Of a stretch of DNA of 64,000 nt, positions 1-13,033 are shown piece by piece. A program made the position numbers and the translations under genes. The stretch lies in NCBI GenBank assembly GCA_051362555.1, contig CM120641.1, positions 6,696,001 to 6,760,000 on the forward strand, in the 5' to 3' direction. Within the stretch, counting starts at the first letter, position 1, and every line of letters begins with the position of its first letter. The DNA is from Lingula anatina (Eukaryota > Animalia > Brachiopoda). The notes under the pieces are model-generated. The model had not been told where the DNA came from. It saw only the letters and a program-made list of their open reading frames with translations, and made no database searches.

Positions 1-149
1 GGTTGATGCGTGTTTTATGTCAATGACAGTTGACATAACTAAGTGTAGATGAGGTAGACAATCAAAACAGTGTTTGCCAAGAATGTTAGCATCGTTTTGT
101 TAGCATCATTGTTTTTTTCACTCCCTCATAATTGCATTGATGTTGGTAG

Positions 150-584
150 GTCACAGAGAAGGAAGTGTCAGAACTTGAAAACAGAACTATAGGCCAAAGT
201 AAAAGTCGAGTGTGGCATGAAGAAAGATCATGGAGAATAACAGCATCGAGGTAGGTGTGCAAACGAAAATAAGTTTGCTTGTTTTTTACTTGTTCAAATG
301 TCTTGTATCAATATCGAGCTACTATATATACCTGTAGTTGCATTATAATACAGAAATACAAGTTGTGAGATGATATATCATGGTTTGTAGGTCAACATTT
401 AATGCTATGAATGTACAATTTCATTTTGCATTTGGAATACAAATTGAAAAGAACAGTAAAAAAACCTATCTCACTAATTAAATTTTATCATTTTTAGGTT
501 TGGTGATATTTTGAACGCAACCGAGAGACAAGACAAGGACAAATTATGCCAGTCACTGTTGTTTACCCATGAAATCAATACTCC
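150..584 (+). pseudogene. YqaJ/lambda-exonuclease-like gene fragment (exons 150-250 and 498-~584)
   Basis: Spliced translation VTEKEVSELENRTIGQSKSRVWHEERSWRITASR|FGDILNATERQDKDKLCQSLLF matches the YqaJ N-terminal TxGQS..W...R..RITASxFG motif. AG/GT boundaries are phase-consistent. Confidence 0.75.
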
Positions 585-585
585 A

Positions 586-1878
586 TATTTCTTAAAATTT
601 ACAGACATATAGTCGTCAACAATGTCACGTTCTGGCCAAATGTTCATTTCACTGAGCTGGAAAAACAAAGTTGATCCATGTGCTTATTATTTCTGACACC
701 ATTGTTACCGATAGCTTGAAACGGAGAGCTAAATAATCGTCAAAGGCTTGTCTCAGTTTCATAATGATAAAAAAACATTGGCCCTGGTGACAAACATTTG
801 AAATTCAAGTGGTGAGCTGCTGGCCCAAGGCCATTGAAAAACAACATGAAATGTTCAATATGACTAAATCCAGTTTGATACTGGACAGCCTTTGCATTTT
901 TCTGGTACAGCATGATGCTTTCTCTTGTGTCTGATGGTGTAGTGATATCACACTGGGAAGCTGTACTTTCTTTTTGGCTCTCACCAGCGCAGTCTTCATG
1001 TTTGTCTGCCACTGCTTCATCTGCTTGAGACTCATCCTATATAGGATACAACAAAAATTAAATACATAAGTTAATAAATTACACAAAGAAAAATACTTCA
1101 TTGTTAATTAACACACAAAATCTGTGTAGATGACGCAGATCTGACTGCCTCTTGTCCCATTTAGTCCGTCTCTAGTATTTCTAGTATTAAGACAGATAAT
1201 TATACAAATAAAAAGAAACATTTTTTTTTATAAATCTGTTATTATATCATGCGTTATCTTTACCTCCACTTCATCGGATCTGATACTTTGCGAATTATTA
1301 AATGGAAATATGGATGGTATCGTTCCTGGCTTCAGTCTTTTTCTCTCATCTGCAAAAGGAGTGCACATAATGATTATTAATACAATAAAAATCAAGTTGT
1401 CCTAATTTGAAAACGTGGCCTTTAAAAAAACTCATGCATTATCACATATAAAAGAAAAAATAATTGTAGTGGCTGGTCGGGGTTGACCCGGGCTCGGTAG
1501 CTTAGTCGGTAGAGTGTTTTCTCCCCCAAATCGCTACATAATGTTAGGTGAAGAATGTCTTAAAAATTAACATTCTAAGCACGTTAAACGACATAATTAC
1601 TTAAACATCGATAACAAAGACCTAATGAATAAGTTGACAAACTCATTATTAATACTAAAAGCGACAACAGCAAGTACAACTTACGTAGAAGTGTAATCTA
1701 TCTCACGAAAGTGGAGGAAACAGACTTTGTCATGTGCCTTTGGTTTCCATAGTGTTTTTGATGTAGAATCAACCCTCCTGATGGCAACTCTCCACTGGTA
1801 ACTCAGCTTTGTGTCTTTCGGAAAAGAATGACCTGCTGTTGACGATGTACATTCCGGAACACAACAGTATCCTGGCAT
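586..1878 (-). pseudogene. THAP zinc-finger + helix-turn-helix transposase (DDE_Tnp_4 family) 5' remnant, frameshifted and truncated
   Basis: MPGYCCVPEC...HSFP...W...KVCFLHF (THAP C2CH, 1878-1685); exon ~1349-1265 ERKRLKPGTIPSIF (AVPTIF-like box); YQTGF...F motif; broken HTH (MKLRQ...TWINF..FQLSEMNIWPERDIV..YM..FKKY) ending before the DDE core. Confidence 0.75.
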
Positions 1879-3318
1879 TATTTAGAGCGATATTTACAGC
1901 GTCAGATTAAAAATGAAACTGCAAACACACGAGAAAGTACGCGCATGCGCAAAACTACCCCAACTAAAACACGCGCGCCACCCAGTGGTGAAAAAAACTG
2001 ATAGCCCCATTGAAACTCGCCCCATGATTCGTCAAAGCGAGTTTTCAGACCACCGTTCCAAACAAAGGAACTGCCACTTGACAGGAGAGATTGTTATCAT
2101 GTATTTGTGCTGTTTTTGAATGAGACGATAGAAGGACTCAACCTGCCTGCCGGCAGCTGCAGGCCAGTTTTAAAACCCTATTGTTATTTAGAAATTATTG
2201 AAAGCATCAGTACACATAAATTACTTACTGTTTATTATCATTTCTTAACTTCTGCCGGCCGACTGATCATCAACATCCACCATCGGTGTTTCACCGATAA
2301 CTGGTTTCCAGTAAAATCTATAAACGTGAAACCCACGCAGAACAGAAGAGTATGAGAAATCCATAGTCAATGATCGAGTTTTTCTTTGTTTTTGGTAGTC
2401 ATTAGGAAATTAAATTTTTTAAGAGGAGTTCTGTCTTGTATTGTATTTATTTTTCTAATTTGAGTTGTGATAAAGTTCATGCTTTTTTGTTTGTTTGTTT
2501 TTCCTTGTTAAAGACCTTGTCTCATGAACAACTATTAGGTAAACCTTACTGATATTGGTGATTGTGAAAAATAAAGGTGCCGTATGACTTTATACAAATT
2601 TACCTGCAGTTTTCTGTATTTTTTTCTAATTAAGTTTACATTGATTGCGTGCAAATTAATATGCTGTAAAAAACTTGCATAAATAGACGTGAATTGAGCT
2701 GATGTTATTTTTCATATCAAGTATAATCTCTATTAACGTCAGTGATATCTACTGTGAGGAGTTTCAAGTATTTTGTTTTGGCGGAAGAAATTTATGTAGG
2801 CCTAATGGGGGGGTGTGACATTATTAATATTGCAGATTTTCTATATGTGAAATCATATTAAAAGTAAATACGCATTAAATAAAATATGCAACTGGATACG
2901 CAAATATTCTTGTCTGTTTTTGACAGAAGTTGGGAAAAACGATGTTGTCCTGTCTTGGTAAAACATAACAGGGAAAAACGATGTTGTCTTGTCTTGGGAG
3001 AAATGTACCTCTTTAGTATGAAGGAATTGTTTCTTAACTTGAATTCCCGACTTTTGTTTAGTTTGTTTTCATTCATTGCAATATCGCAAGAATAATTTGT
3101 TTGTGCTAAAAGCTGATCACAGTGATTTAATCTGAAAGTAATGCTTACACTTAGCAATGTAGGTAAGTGGAGATAATTTCCGGTACAGCCGTATTCCATT
3201 CGTATTTCAATGGATACGAACGTGTGGCAATTTTTAGCAGACTGAATTTCAAGCCTTACGAACAAAATGATTATCTTCCAAAAATAATTAATTTTAATCG
3301 TTCGTATAGATTGGAGAA

Positions 3319-4762
3319 TTACCGTATTTTTGATTTGTTTTCATTAACTTTTAGTTTCCACTGCTTACAGTAATTTTCAAGGTTGTTAAGAAGAGTTTGA
3401 AGTCCTTCTTTCGACTGTGATAGCAAGACTAGGTCATCTGCATATAAAATGTGTTTTAACCCTTCAACTTCCTTTGCACTATTGTTTGTGTAGAGTTCAC
3501 TTTTTAAGTCATCAATGAAGATGTTGAATAGGACTGGGCTAAGGTTATCTCCTTGTCTTATACCTATTTTAGATATGAATGTTTGGGTGTAGCCACAATT
3601 AACTGACACGCCTAGTCTTGTGTTGCTGTACATATACTTTATCAACTCATAAATTTTGCCTCTGACACCTACTTTCAGTAATTTCAGCATAAGACCCTTA
3701 TGCCAGACTGTGTCAAAAGCTTTTTGCAGGTCGACAAAACAGGCAAATACACGTTTGTTCTGATTCAGATGTTTGTTTATAATTGACTTTAAGGTGAATA
3801 TATGGTCAGTCGTGCGGTAACCAGGTCTAAACCCTGCTTGTTCCTCGCTTAATTTCTCATTGGACTCTAAAAATAGCATGAGTCTGTTAGTTAATATGCA
3901 GTTAAAAAGCTTTCCAACACAGCTGGTGATGCAAAGACCTCTGTAATTTGATGGGTCGGTTCGTTCTCCAGATTTATATAGCGGCAGTATTATACCCAGA
4001 TTCCATACATCAGGAGTTTCAGATGTGTTCATTGCTAAATTGAATATTTTTGTTATTAGTCCCACTAAATATATTGAACCACTTTTCAACATTTCATTTC
4101 TGATAGAGTCCTCACCAGTCGCTTTTCCATTTTTCAATTTTTTTATAGCTGTTTTTACCTCTCTAATGCTTATGGGGTTATTAAGGACAGGGTCTCCTTC
4201 TTTTTTCTCATATTCACTTATTTCCTTATCTATTCGGTGATCATCAGTAGGGGGGGTTTCCACAAAGTTGTCGGAAGTGTAGTTGCCAAGTCTCAGGGCT
4301 AATTATGTTGTTATTTTCTTCTCTATCCTTTAGTTTTTTAAGTGTCTGCCAGAACTCTTTAGGATTGTTTTTTTCAGATACTAGTAGTCTGTCTAGGATG
4401 GCATTTTTGTACTCATTCTTTCTTTGCTTTACTAGTTGTTTATATTTCTTTGTAGCTAGGTGGTAGGTTTGCGAGATGTAGTTATTGTGTGGATTTTTTT
4501 GTAGTAGTTTACCAAGGTGTTTTATATTTCTTCTGACTTCAGAACACATGCTGTCAAACCATGGTTGTTTTTTTATTCTTTTTGTTTGTTTATTTGATCT
4601 CATGCTTATGTTATTGACTTTTTTACGCAAAGACAAGTTTGCAGCATTTTCAATTATATTTGTTAATTCATCACAGGCACTTTTTAATCCTTCTTTAGAA
4701 CCTCTGAACATTTTCTGTATTTCCACATAAGCAGTTGTATTGGTATTTATGTCTTTAAACAT
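3319..4762 (-). mobile_element. Non-LTR retrotransposon (LINE, RTEX-like) ORF2 fragment with reverse transcriptase, truncated at both ends
   Basis: RT motifs DPSNYRG, QAGFR, FVDLQKAFD, GIRQGDNLSPVLF, YADD and LKVNENKSK; upstream linker KQPWFD...NPKEFW; frameshift at a C7 run near 4250. Clade assignment is by recollected similarity only. Confidence 0.9.
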
Positions 4763-5455
4763 TATGTTATATTATTTTATGCACTGTCACCATTTTTCAA
4801 ATATTGTGATTTTCATTTTGTAAATTTAAATTCTCATGGTCCTGAAACTGTAATCTTATTGTAGGGGCAGATTGAGACCGTCTTCTGGGCTTTCTGGAAG
4901 ACGGTCAGATTTTAATGTTTACATTGACAGGTATCTTTTTTTTTCTGTTGGAAGACCATCAAAAATGGAGGATGGATCAACAAAGATAATTTGGAAAACT
5001 GTCAGAAAAAATATCTCCAGTTAGCTCCTGTTATTGACCATGTTATCTGTTGTTCATGATTAAAATTCAGTGTTGATTGACAGCATTATTTATTATTGCA
5101 TCAAAATTGACAAAATGACCTATTTTTTGCATCTTTATTTTGTTTTTTGTCTGTACATTTCACAGCTTTGCTGCCTTGTTTAATGAATTATTTAATTGCT
5201 TTAAATATATATATATTTACTTGAATTAAACATCTTGTTATGATTAAGATAAAAAACATTTCATAAATACACCTCACTTTAAAGTTTTATAGTAATGCTT
5301 ATTATAGACACTAGTAAAATACCAGATATGAATTGCAATCAATATTTTATTTTTTTAACTCTGGCTGAATAAATAATATGCAATGATACTCAAAACAAGA
5401 GACATATGTATTCACAAAATGTAAACTAGCTGCAATGAATATATTTTAATCATTA

Positions 5456-8124
5456 TTAAGTTGCCAGTCTGTATAATGACAAGTAATACAGTTGTGCTGG
5501 GACTTCAGTGCAGAAGACTTGCACATCATTTGGTGCAGTCATTTCCAATTTTATAACTGCACGGACCTGGAAATTATTCATACGCATATCAGTATATGTG
5601 GTGCTTATGCATACTTAATAAATTATCATCTTATCACGTGCACACACACAAACACACCTTTCAAACTACATTTTTCCAGTATTTGATGGTGCATTTGTAG
5701 CATTAAGTATTATTTAACAATTACTTTTATTATGACAGGGCATTTTAATAGCGACATTGCTTTGATTCTGAAAATTATTATGATATTTCTTTATATTAGA
5801 TATGATGAACTCCATATGATATATTTGTCACCATAACCGGTCTCTAACAAAAACATAAAGCATTCATCGTACATGTTTTTTTTTAGCAATATAACAATTT
5901 AAAATGATATTTTTTTTGCAGGATTTTTGGGGTTGAATCATTTGAATTAATTTTGGGAATAAGCTTTAACTCTTAAACTCATTCTTTAATTTACCTCAAA
6001 TGACCAATTATTTATCATTGAAGAGAGAAGTAAACAGCTCTTACTTGGTGGGTCATTTCTTACAAACATCAGTTGTGCCAGAGAAATTTTTTGAATGCTC
6101 AAATTTATTTTAATCTCAAACTAAGATATTTGTAATAGATTTCTTACTTGAGGGGTACCTTCTTGTATGTTGATGGTCATAGCTACTGTGTAAGTCTGAC
6201 CTGCGACCAATGGACACTTTTGACCACTCAAGGCACGGCAGCCATTAGCATCCTGCAGGGGCACAGGGATCCACACCACTAAGTCTGCCTTGGCCTTCAG
6301 GTACACCTTTTCAATGTTTCTCTCTCAAATGAGAAAAAAACATCATTCATTTAACAAAAATATGTTTTCAGCAACATTTGTAAGAGGTTACCCACACAAA
6401 TTAAATGAAATTACTTTAGAAGGTGTTTATTTAATAATCACTGGAAGAAAGCAGGTTTCCTCAACGACATGTGGGAAAGGATTAAAAATGCTCTTTGGCT
6501 GGAAGCGGCCCTCTCTGAATTGAAATTTAATCTAGGTTCTATTCTGTTTAACAAAATCGGGGAAAGGTCTACTTTTTCAGTATTAAAAGAAATATTATCC
6601 TGAAATATTATTTGCTACAGGTCTAAGAACATACACATTTTTTGTTTCCTGACAACTCCTAGTAGGAAATTATAAGGAGTGAACAGATTGTTTAACTTCT
6701 TACATTTACAATGACACCAGTATAAGATAGAAGTACAAGATTTTCAATGACCATAATTTCATCAATAAATAAATGAATAAATACCTGTGGTAAATTTAAC
6801 ATAATAAGTGTAAGAATTCCCTCCTTGCAGTGTACATAGCTCATCATTGCATGGTTCCAAGTTGACAGATTTGACCATTGCAGCTTCGGAGCCTATTGGA
6901 ACATCAATAGCAGTGTTTGACAAAATTCAGCTCATACCAGCAGATTATGATAATTTGATTTTTATCGAAATCAGTATGATTATGTCTAAATTGCTTTTTT
7001 TTTTTGTACTAGTACTTGATGCGGTAGTTATTAAAAATATTTGCTCTATTTTTATAATATACATAAAAAAATAAATTTTAATACTCAAGTTTCACCTAAA
7101 CAGATATTAAGCAGCCTCGGTCACAACCGGATACACGAATTGTAGGATCGTATGGCCCCTGCGAATTTTGGAGGCCGTGGAGTTCCTAGAGGTAGAGGAA
7201 AGTTTGCAATGTAAAGGTGCAAGTCTGCCTTGCAAGTCGCAGGGTCCACGTGAGAAGCAGGGACGCTAATTGCAAGGTGCGATGTACTCGTTTCTTGTGT
7301 TTGTCTTGCTACCTGCGTTCGTGGCACGCACTTTATGAGAAGAATACTACGCAATGCGAAAGTAATTTCCTTTTGCTTCACACTTGCCTCACACGCTTGT
7401 ATTGACGTACTGACCGCGTACGTCATTTTTCCTCCTGTTCCCCTCTTCTTTCTTTTTCCTCCTTCCTTCTTTTCTGTTCTCTTAGCTTCTTTCCCTTGCC
7501 TTTTGGAGGCAATTAGAAGCTGAACTAAGCAAATTTCGAATTTTTTTTAATGTTGTACACGAGGCACAAGCGACGTTATTTGTCGAGACACGAGCGTGCA
7601 TCGTGAGCACACCTTTTATACTCCTGGCGAAGGGGCGACGCACTTCCGCCGTGTTTTCGACTTTGTTCGTTAGCTGTGAGGGCGTGCGTCGTACTCAACA
7701 CGCAAATTAAGGACACTTACTCCATTGTTTACGACGTGCGTCTTGGAATACGCACGACTCACTTGCATACTTCTCGCGAACTCCTTGCGAGTGGAGCAAG
7801 TTACGTTTGCCGCCTCACTGTTCGCAGATTATTCGTAGAATCTTTTTGACATGCCCAACATCCTCTGTACGTGCTTACGGGCTGTCTGCGAACTCCAAAT
7901 TTCGCAAGAAGAACTTAAGCGGCATGTGAGATTCTGCGCAAATCTGGACGCAAACAGGTCGGAAGAGCCCGTACGACCGGTTGTGACCAAGGCTTTACTA
8001 TCCCTTATTTTTATCAGACCTCAAGAGTTGCAAACTCACCGCAATCCTTGCTTGGCAAGTCACGTGCATATAAATTAGTAAAAACACAAACAGCTGTCAT
8101 TATCACCAACAAATGTTTTCTCAT
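5456..8124 (-). CDS. NPC2: NPC2-like / MD-2-related lipid-recognition (ML domain) secreted protein, ~159 aa, 4 exons
   Basis: Exons 8124-8040, 6892-6785, 6323-6148 and 5566-5456 splice in phase: signal peptide MRKHLLVIMTAVCVF...KDCGS...VNLEPC...C.L...DANGC...KCPLVAGQTYT...IKLEM...VFC.EVP. Six Cys fall in NPC2-like positions. The exon 3 acceptor is a less common GAG. Confidence 0.85.
7113..7994. mobile_element. Non-autonomous PIF/Harbinger-like TIR element in NPC2 intron 1
   Basis: Inverted termini AGCCTCGGTCACAACCGG (7113) and CCGGTTGTGACCAAGGCT (ends 7994). The interior is GC-richer than the flanking intron. Confidence 0.7.
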
Positions 8125-8365
8125 TTTGAGCTTCCAAGTGGTAGATGAGCGCTGCACAGGCTGTTGATTGTCTCCAACCGAAATAACTTATGTGATAGAT
8201 ACGACATGAGTCGCCGAGCCACAGGCGAGACATTACACGAGTAATTTTCACGTACAGCTCGGCGACGAGTGTTGTATCTGGCTTAAACCACGGCCTCTCA
8301 TCGGCTACTTTACTGCTCATGCGATATTTTACTCATAGGCTACATGTTAAGGGCTCTTGTGGTCA

Positions 8366-8600
8366 CCATTCCCAAAGACTATCGCACTATCTTTGGATCT
8401 CCAAGGGGATTCTTGCTTAATTGCAATTTACTTAAGCGGCTTAGATGTCTGTGACGCCTACTGAAGCTGATAGGGGTAATTAACTATTTAGCAGCTTTAG
8501 CAGGCGTCCCAGACATCTAAGCCACTTAAGCTAAAAACAATTAAGCGAGGAACCCCGTGGATATGGACCGATCCTGTTAGATCGATCTAGAGATGGGAAC
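8366..8600. mobile_element. Fold-back MITE upstream of NPC2
   Basis: Long imperfect inverted arms: ggggattcttgcttaattg...cttaagcggcttagatgtctg versus cagacatctaagccacttaag...caattaagcgaggaacccc. Confidence 0.6.
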
Positions 8601-8691
8601 CCAGTCTTAGTCCTGTGTTGGACGATGGAGGACAAGGCTGAACACGCCCTTACAGCCCTCTCGACCAAACTCCGCCCCAGCCGCTTCGTGC

Positions 8692-8735
8692 AACAGCAGC
8701 AGCAGCAGCAGCACCACCACCACCACCAGTAGTAG
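8692..8735 (+). repeat. (CAG)n/(CAC)n/(TAG)n compound microsatellite
   Basis: Seen directly in the sequence. Confidence 0.85.
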
Positions 8736-9474
8736 TTTAGATAATGAGAAGTTCCCAAAAAACACTATTTCTTCTCCCCAGTCATGTAATGATGATAAGG
8801 ATACCTTGACACTTCATGTGGCTTCACAGATTAAGAAAATTGTCATTGCCAAATAAGGCAGGAAAATACCTTTGGAAGTGTAGATTTTTAAACTTCTGTA
8901 TTGTCAGTAACTTATCGTTCAAATTCGACAACGCGATTTTTTTAGGTAAATTCCGTTTCATGATATTAAAAGTTTGAGAAACGACTTGTCCTCACTGTTG
9001 TCTATTCCGTGGTGGGCGCTAGGACCCGATATACAGTAACTGGGCCCTTATTAGCTAGTGCCCTAGACATCAATTGTTTCCGTTTTTGTCATGAGTCCAT
9101 ATAACACAGGCAATTTTCCACAGGAGCGAACTTATTTTCCCTTCTCCTCCCCTACCTCATCAAAAAACTTAATGAAATCCAAATAAAAAGAGGTCCACTC
9201 TCGTATATTTTGATATAAAAATCAAATGTTTCTGTGGGAGTCAGTGTTTGACTTTCATGATACATATGAAAAAGTCTTTTATGGAAATCTTACGATGTGT
9301 AGCGCGTGCCCAAAATACCCAAAGTGACGGGCACTTCGCCTGTAACATTAGTTTATGGCATATATTTAGAAGCACGGTATACTGACGAGAAAATACAATA
9401 AAAAAGAACTGTTCTGGCATGCCCTGCAACCCTGCCCCCCCCCCCTTTGCCTTGCTACGAGGCCTGCTCATACA

Positions 9475-9687
9475 CCCCATTTCCATAGATTAGATCGACC
9501 TACTTTAGATCGACCTAACTCCCTGGGGGTTCACGCTAAATAGCTGTCAGCTGGGCGGACACGAAAGTTAATTACCCCCTTACAGCTTGTAGTAGGCGGG
9601 ACGGACATTTAAGTCGGATTATCTTAAAGTAATCTAGTGAGACTCCCCGCGGGGATAGATCGATCTAAAATCTATGGGAATAGAGCC
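9475..9687. mobile_element. Second, diverged MITE related to 8366-8600, in the opposite orientation
   Basis: Termini ccatttccatagattagatcgacct and agatcgatctaaaatctatgggaat. Core gttaattacccc...cagctt.agtaggcg is the reverse complement of the core of the 8366 element. Confidence 0.55.
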
Positions 9688-11782
9688 AAAGTCTCCATAA
9701 CCTGCATTGTGGTAGTTGCGACGGTTACGCTGCTCAAAACCTGGTGGGAGATTTTATCAGTTTTTAATTCAATTATCTAACTGCTTTTAACATTTTAAAC
9801 TTGAATTTGACATCTTAAAATGACAAAACTAAACATTTTTATAAATGTTTCTAGATTTTACAATTAAATGACCAACATATATATTCGGGAAATCGTGTTA
9901 AGCTTTGTCAGTTCAAAGCATTTATTTCAAAGAAAAAGGTTATAAAACTATATATATAATATTTTTTCTATTTTATAGCAAGAAATCCCTCTACAACCAT
10001 TTTAAGGTTTAAAGATTTTTGTCATTTTACCTCCCTCTTCCCCCCCAGAAGAATTCGTTGATTCGGAACGTCAGAATTGTACGTCACAACACAGGATCAA
10101 AGTAACCCTTCCAATACAATGAACTTTATCGCGAGCAAAAAGCCTTTGCTGTGTAGGAAGGAATGCCTTACAAGAGAGAAGCCACCTAAGAGGAGTTTTG
10201 AGCAACCTGATTTAAGTATCCTTTATCTGGCGGAGAAATGAAGAAACGAGATCACGGATAAATCCAGAAACTGGAGCTCGAAATTGCTGCATTGCTGAAA
10301 CTGACCATCAGCACAGCGGGAGAATAATTTCCTCTTTGCCATTGTCAAAAATACAGACAATTAAAAGACTAAACGTTTCAAATCGCACACACTTTTCATA
10401 TTAATACGGAAGCGTGTAAGGGCCACAACACCAAACCATGTGACAATATATATCTCAAACTTGTATGTCAATTTATTAATGAGTTCCTCAATAAAACAAA
10501 AGAATGCAATGAACGTGACAACAACAGCGAAGTTACTTTCTTTAACGACAAGACCGTTTACTTCATAATCAATGCAATATCATTCATTAGTTGTCGGCTA
10601 ATTATAAATAATACGCACTGGTAACGATAAAACGCAAAGGGAATCAACGTGAAAACCTTCTAAAAGACACTTTTCAAATAATAAATCCCTAGCAAGGCTG
10701 GCTTATCGATCGCGCCGTGTTCGCACCAAGCTTGATGTAGCGCATAGGCTTTTTCACATGATAAGAGAGAATTGAATTTTAAGTGTTCCATTCCTGACGC
10801 TATGTTTTGCACATAGTTGTCACATTAGCAGTAGACCAACTCAGTGGATAGAATTGTGTGATAAGCAGAAGATGGACAACTGCTGGGTTGGTGAAAACCG
10901 ACTACTGATTAAACTGATGTTATGGAGTATTGAACGGTTTATAGACTATTAGAGTAGTTTCATTTTTTGTCCGTATTGTGAACAAATTTTTCTTCTGCCT
11001 GTGTGGCATTTTCCCGTCTGTAATGAAATATTCCAGAAAACTTCACAGGATTCCGTTCATGTGTATGTCAGTTCGCAGAGGTAACTAGGATAAGGAGGTT
11101 ACAGCCGTGCCCTGATATACAGAGAAGTTTGTGATTTCCCTTTTTTTAATTATCTTTTCCCACTTTATTTGAGACACCCACACAAGAAAACACAGGATAA
11201 AAATGTTCCAAAACTCTTTCAATTCCATTGTCCCCATTTGACCGATTTCTGGTGTATCGCACCTTGCATTTTATTGCAAAATGAAAATATAAACGAGGGT
11301 TAACTAAACAAATATGATATAATGTTTAAGAATTATAGTCTCCGACACAAAAAATCACTTGCTTGACCTAGTTCTATTACGAGGCGCAAACGTTTCCATC
11401 CTTAGTTGCATTGCTCACCCATCTGGCTCTGCCTTGTGGTCGGAATCATAGAAAATAGAGAATGATTAGGTACTTTGTACTCTGGGTTATCAGTCTGAAC
11501 ATTCTAAGTTTATGTCACTAGTAACTGGTGGGGAGCATACATTTTCTAAGATTGCCATTGTACGTCTTCTTTCCTGGCGCCACTGTTTCTTAACCGTTGC
11601 GCGCATATTCAACTGCATTCAAAGGAACTCGGTTGGCAGATTTTTTTAAACGATTGTAAATATTGCTTTTGAATTTCTATAAACAAAACACAGCGATCGA
11701 TGTTTTTTCTTGGTTCACAATGAACCGTCCCCACCTTTGCAACTAGACGCACTTTAAAAGATTGCCTGATGAAAGTAGCTGT

Positions 11783-13033
11783 ATGAACAGCATTGATCAT
11801 TGCAAAGCTAACTTACGAGCAACGTCAATCGTTATACGTGCAATGGCTTTGGACGAATTTTTCACCTATGAACCATCCGGTAGGCTAAATGATTCGTTAA
11901 AAGGAAAAATCACTTCATACCTGTGGTTGACATTCCCGCCCATCCTTTTAGTTATCGGAACCGCCGGCAACACTCTTTCATTTCTTGTCATGATTCGCGG
12001 CAATATGAGAAGAACTTCTATCGGGATGTATTTGGCAGTTCTTGCAGCCGTGGATTTAGCGGCAATTTGGATTGGTTTGATCAGGCACATATTCCGCGTC
12101 TACACTGGAACGGATATTCGAGAGTTGAGTGCCGATGGTCTCAGTTGTCAGATACATATATTTTTATTATATTTCTCTCTGGATTTTTCTGCGTGGCTCT
12201 TGGTTGCAGTTACCGCAGAAAGGTACATCACCATAACAATGCCTCTGAAAGCAAGGATATGGTGCACTGCTCCAAGGGCACGATGGATAATATTAACCAT
12301 AGCGTTTTTGGTCACTATCGAAGAAATGCCCGTCTTTTGGTTAAGAGGACTGCAATACGAACACAACGATAATTCTTCGGCTGATTTCATATTGACAGAC
12401 AAAAAGCAGAACACGATTTGTGGATTTCCATCTCCGGGTTACGAACAGTTTTGGTACTTTGTTAGACCTTGGTACATTGTAGCCATATATGTGGCCGGGC
12501 CATTTGCCACTATGGCCATACTGAACATTCTGATAATAAGAGAGCTCGTCACTTTGCGGACGTCTCTGAAGAGATCGTCTTTTTCCACAAAACTGCAAGA
12601 GGTTAGTCACAGGAAGGTCCGTGGAACCGCAAGATCGCTGACCATAATGCTATTATCCGTTACCATGGTGTTTTTACTTTTGGTGACTCCAACATTTATA
12701 GATACTATTTTTATGCCATATTGGCTCCAAACCCCGAAGACCGACGACCAAAGAGAAGCATATAGATTATTCCACGTAACCGGCCTTATGCTAATGTACA
12801 CAAACCATGCGGTTAATTTTGTTCTTTATTACGTCAGTGGGCAGAAATTTCGGACTGAATGTCGCAAAATGTTTTCCTGCACCAACTCTTGCATTGGAGC
12901 TGGGTCAACCAATATGGCGCTCCTGGTGGACACCAGGGTGGAAAGTATGGGTGAGGAGTATCGTTTGACGAGGATCTCTCCCCGTAGGAGATGTAATACT
13001 GCGCCGCCATCATTAAGTCAAAGTAACAACTAG
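11783..13033 (+). CDS. Intronless class A (rhodopsin-like) GPCR, FMRFamide-receptor-like/orphan peptide-receptor group
   Basis: Seven hydrophobic segments; TM1 GTAGN, TM2 LAAVD, TM3 AERY, TM7 NHAVNFVLYYVSGQKFR. First in-frame ATG is 11783; the alternative is 11843. Confidence 0.92.
   Translation: MNSIDHCKANLRATSIVIRAMALDEFFTYEPSGRLNDSLKGKITSYLWLTFPPILLVIGTAGNTLSFLVMIRGNMRRTSIGMYLAVLAAVDLAAIWIGLIRHIFRVYTGTDIRELSADGLSCQIHIFLLYFSLDFSAWLLVAVTAERYITITMPLKARIWCTAPRARWIILTIAFLVTIEEMPVFWLRGLQYEHNDNSSADFILTDKKQNTICGFPSPGYEQFWYFVRPWYIVAIYVAGPFATMAILNILIIRELVTLRTSLKRSSFSTKLQEVSHRKVRGTARSLTIMLLSVTMVFLLLVTPTFIDTIFMPYWLQTPKTDDQREAYRLFHVTGLMLMYTNHAVNFVLYYVSGQKFRTECRKMFSCTNSCIGAGSTNMALLVDTRVESMGEEYRLTRISPRRRCNTAPPSLSQSNN

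Larger units (their letters stand above)
150..2008. mobile_element. Internally deleted ISL2EU-type (PIF/Harbinger-related) DNA transposon; probably extends left of the window
   Basis: A THAP/HTH transposase 5' part (-) converges on YqaJ-type exonuclease exons (+), the two-gene layout known for ISL2EU elements. The two genes are fused at about 584. Candidate terminus GGGGCTAT (minus strand) ends at 2008, next to AT. Confidence 0.75.

Noticed and set aside
1485-1515. tRNA-like A-box GGTAGCTTAGTCGGTAGAG
   Set aside because: No B-box or cloverleaf follows; at most a SINE-head fragment.
2858-3265. 135-aa ORF downstream of the LINE RT
   Set aside because: No recognisable domain, contains a short tandem duplication, and cannot be tied to the RT frame.
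4244-4263. Programmed frameshift between the two LINE ORF pieces
   Set aside because: An indel in a C7 homopolymer of a truncated dead copy is the simpler explanation.
8531-8758. Poly-Trp/poly-Cys ORF
   Set aside because: Translation of a microsatellite.
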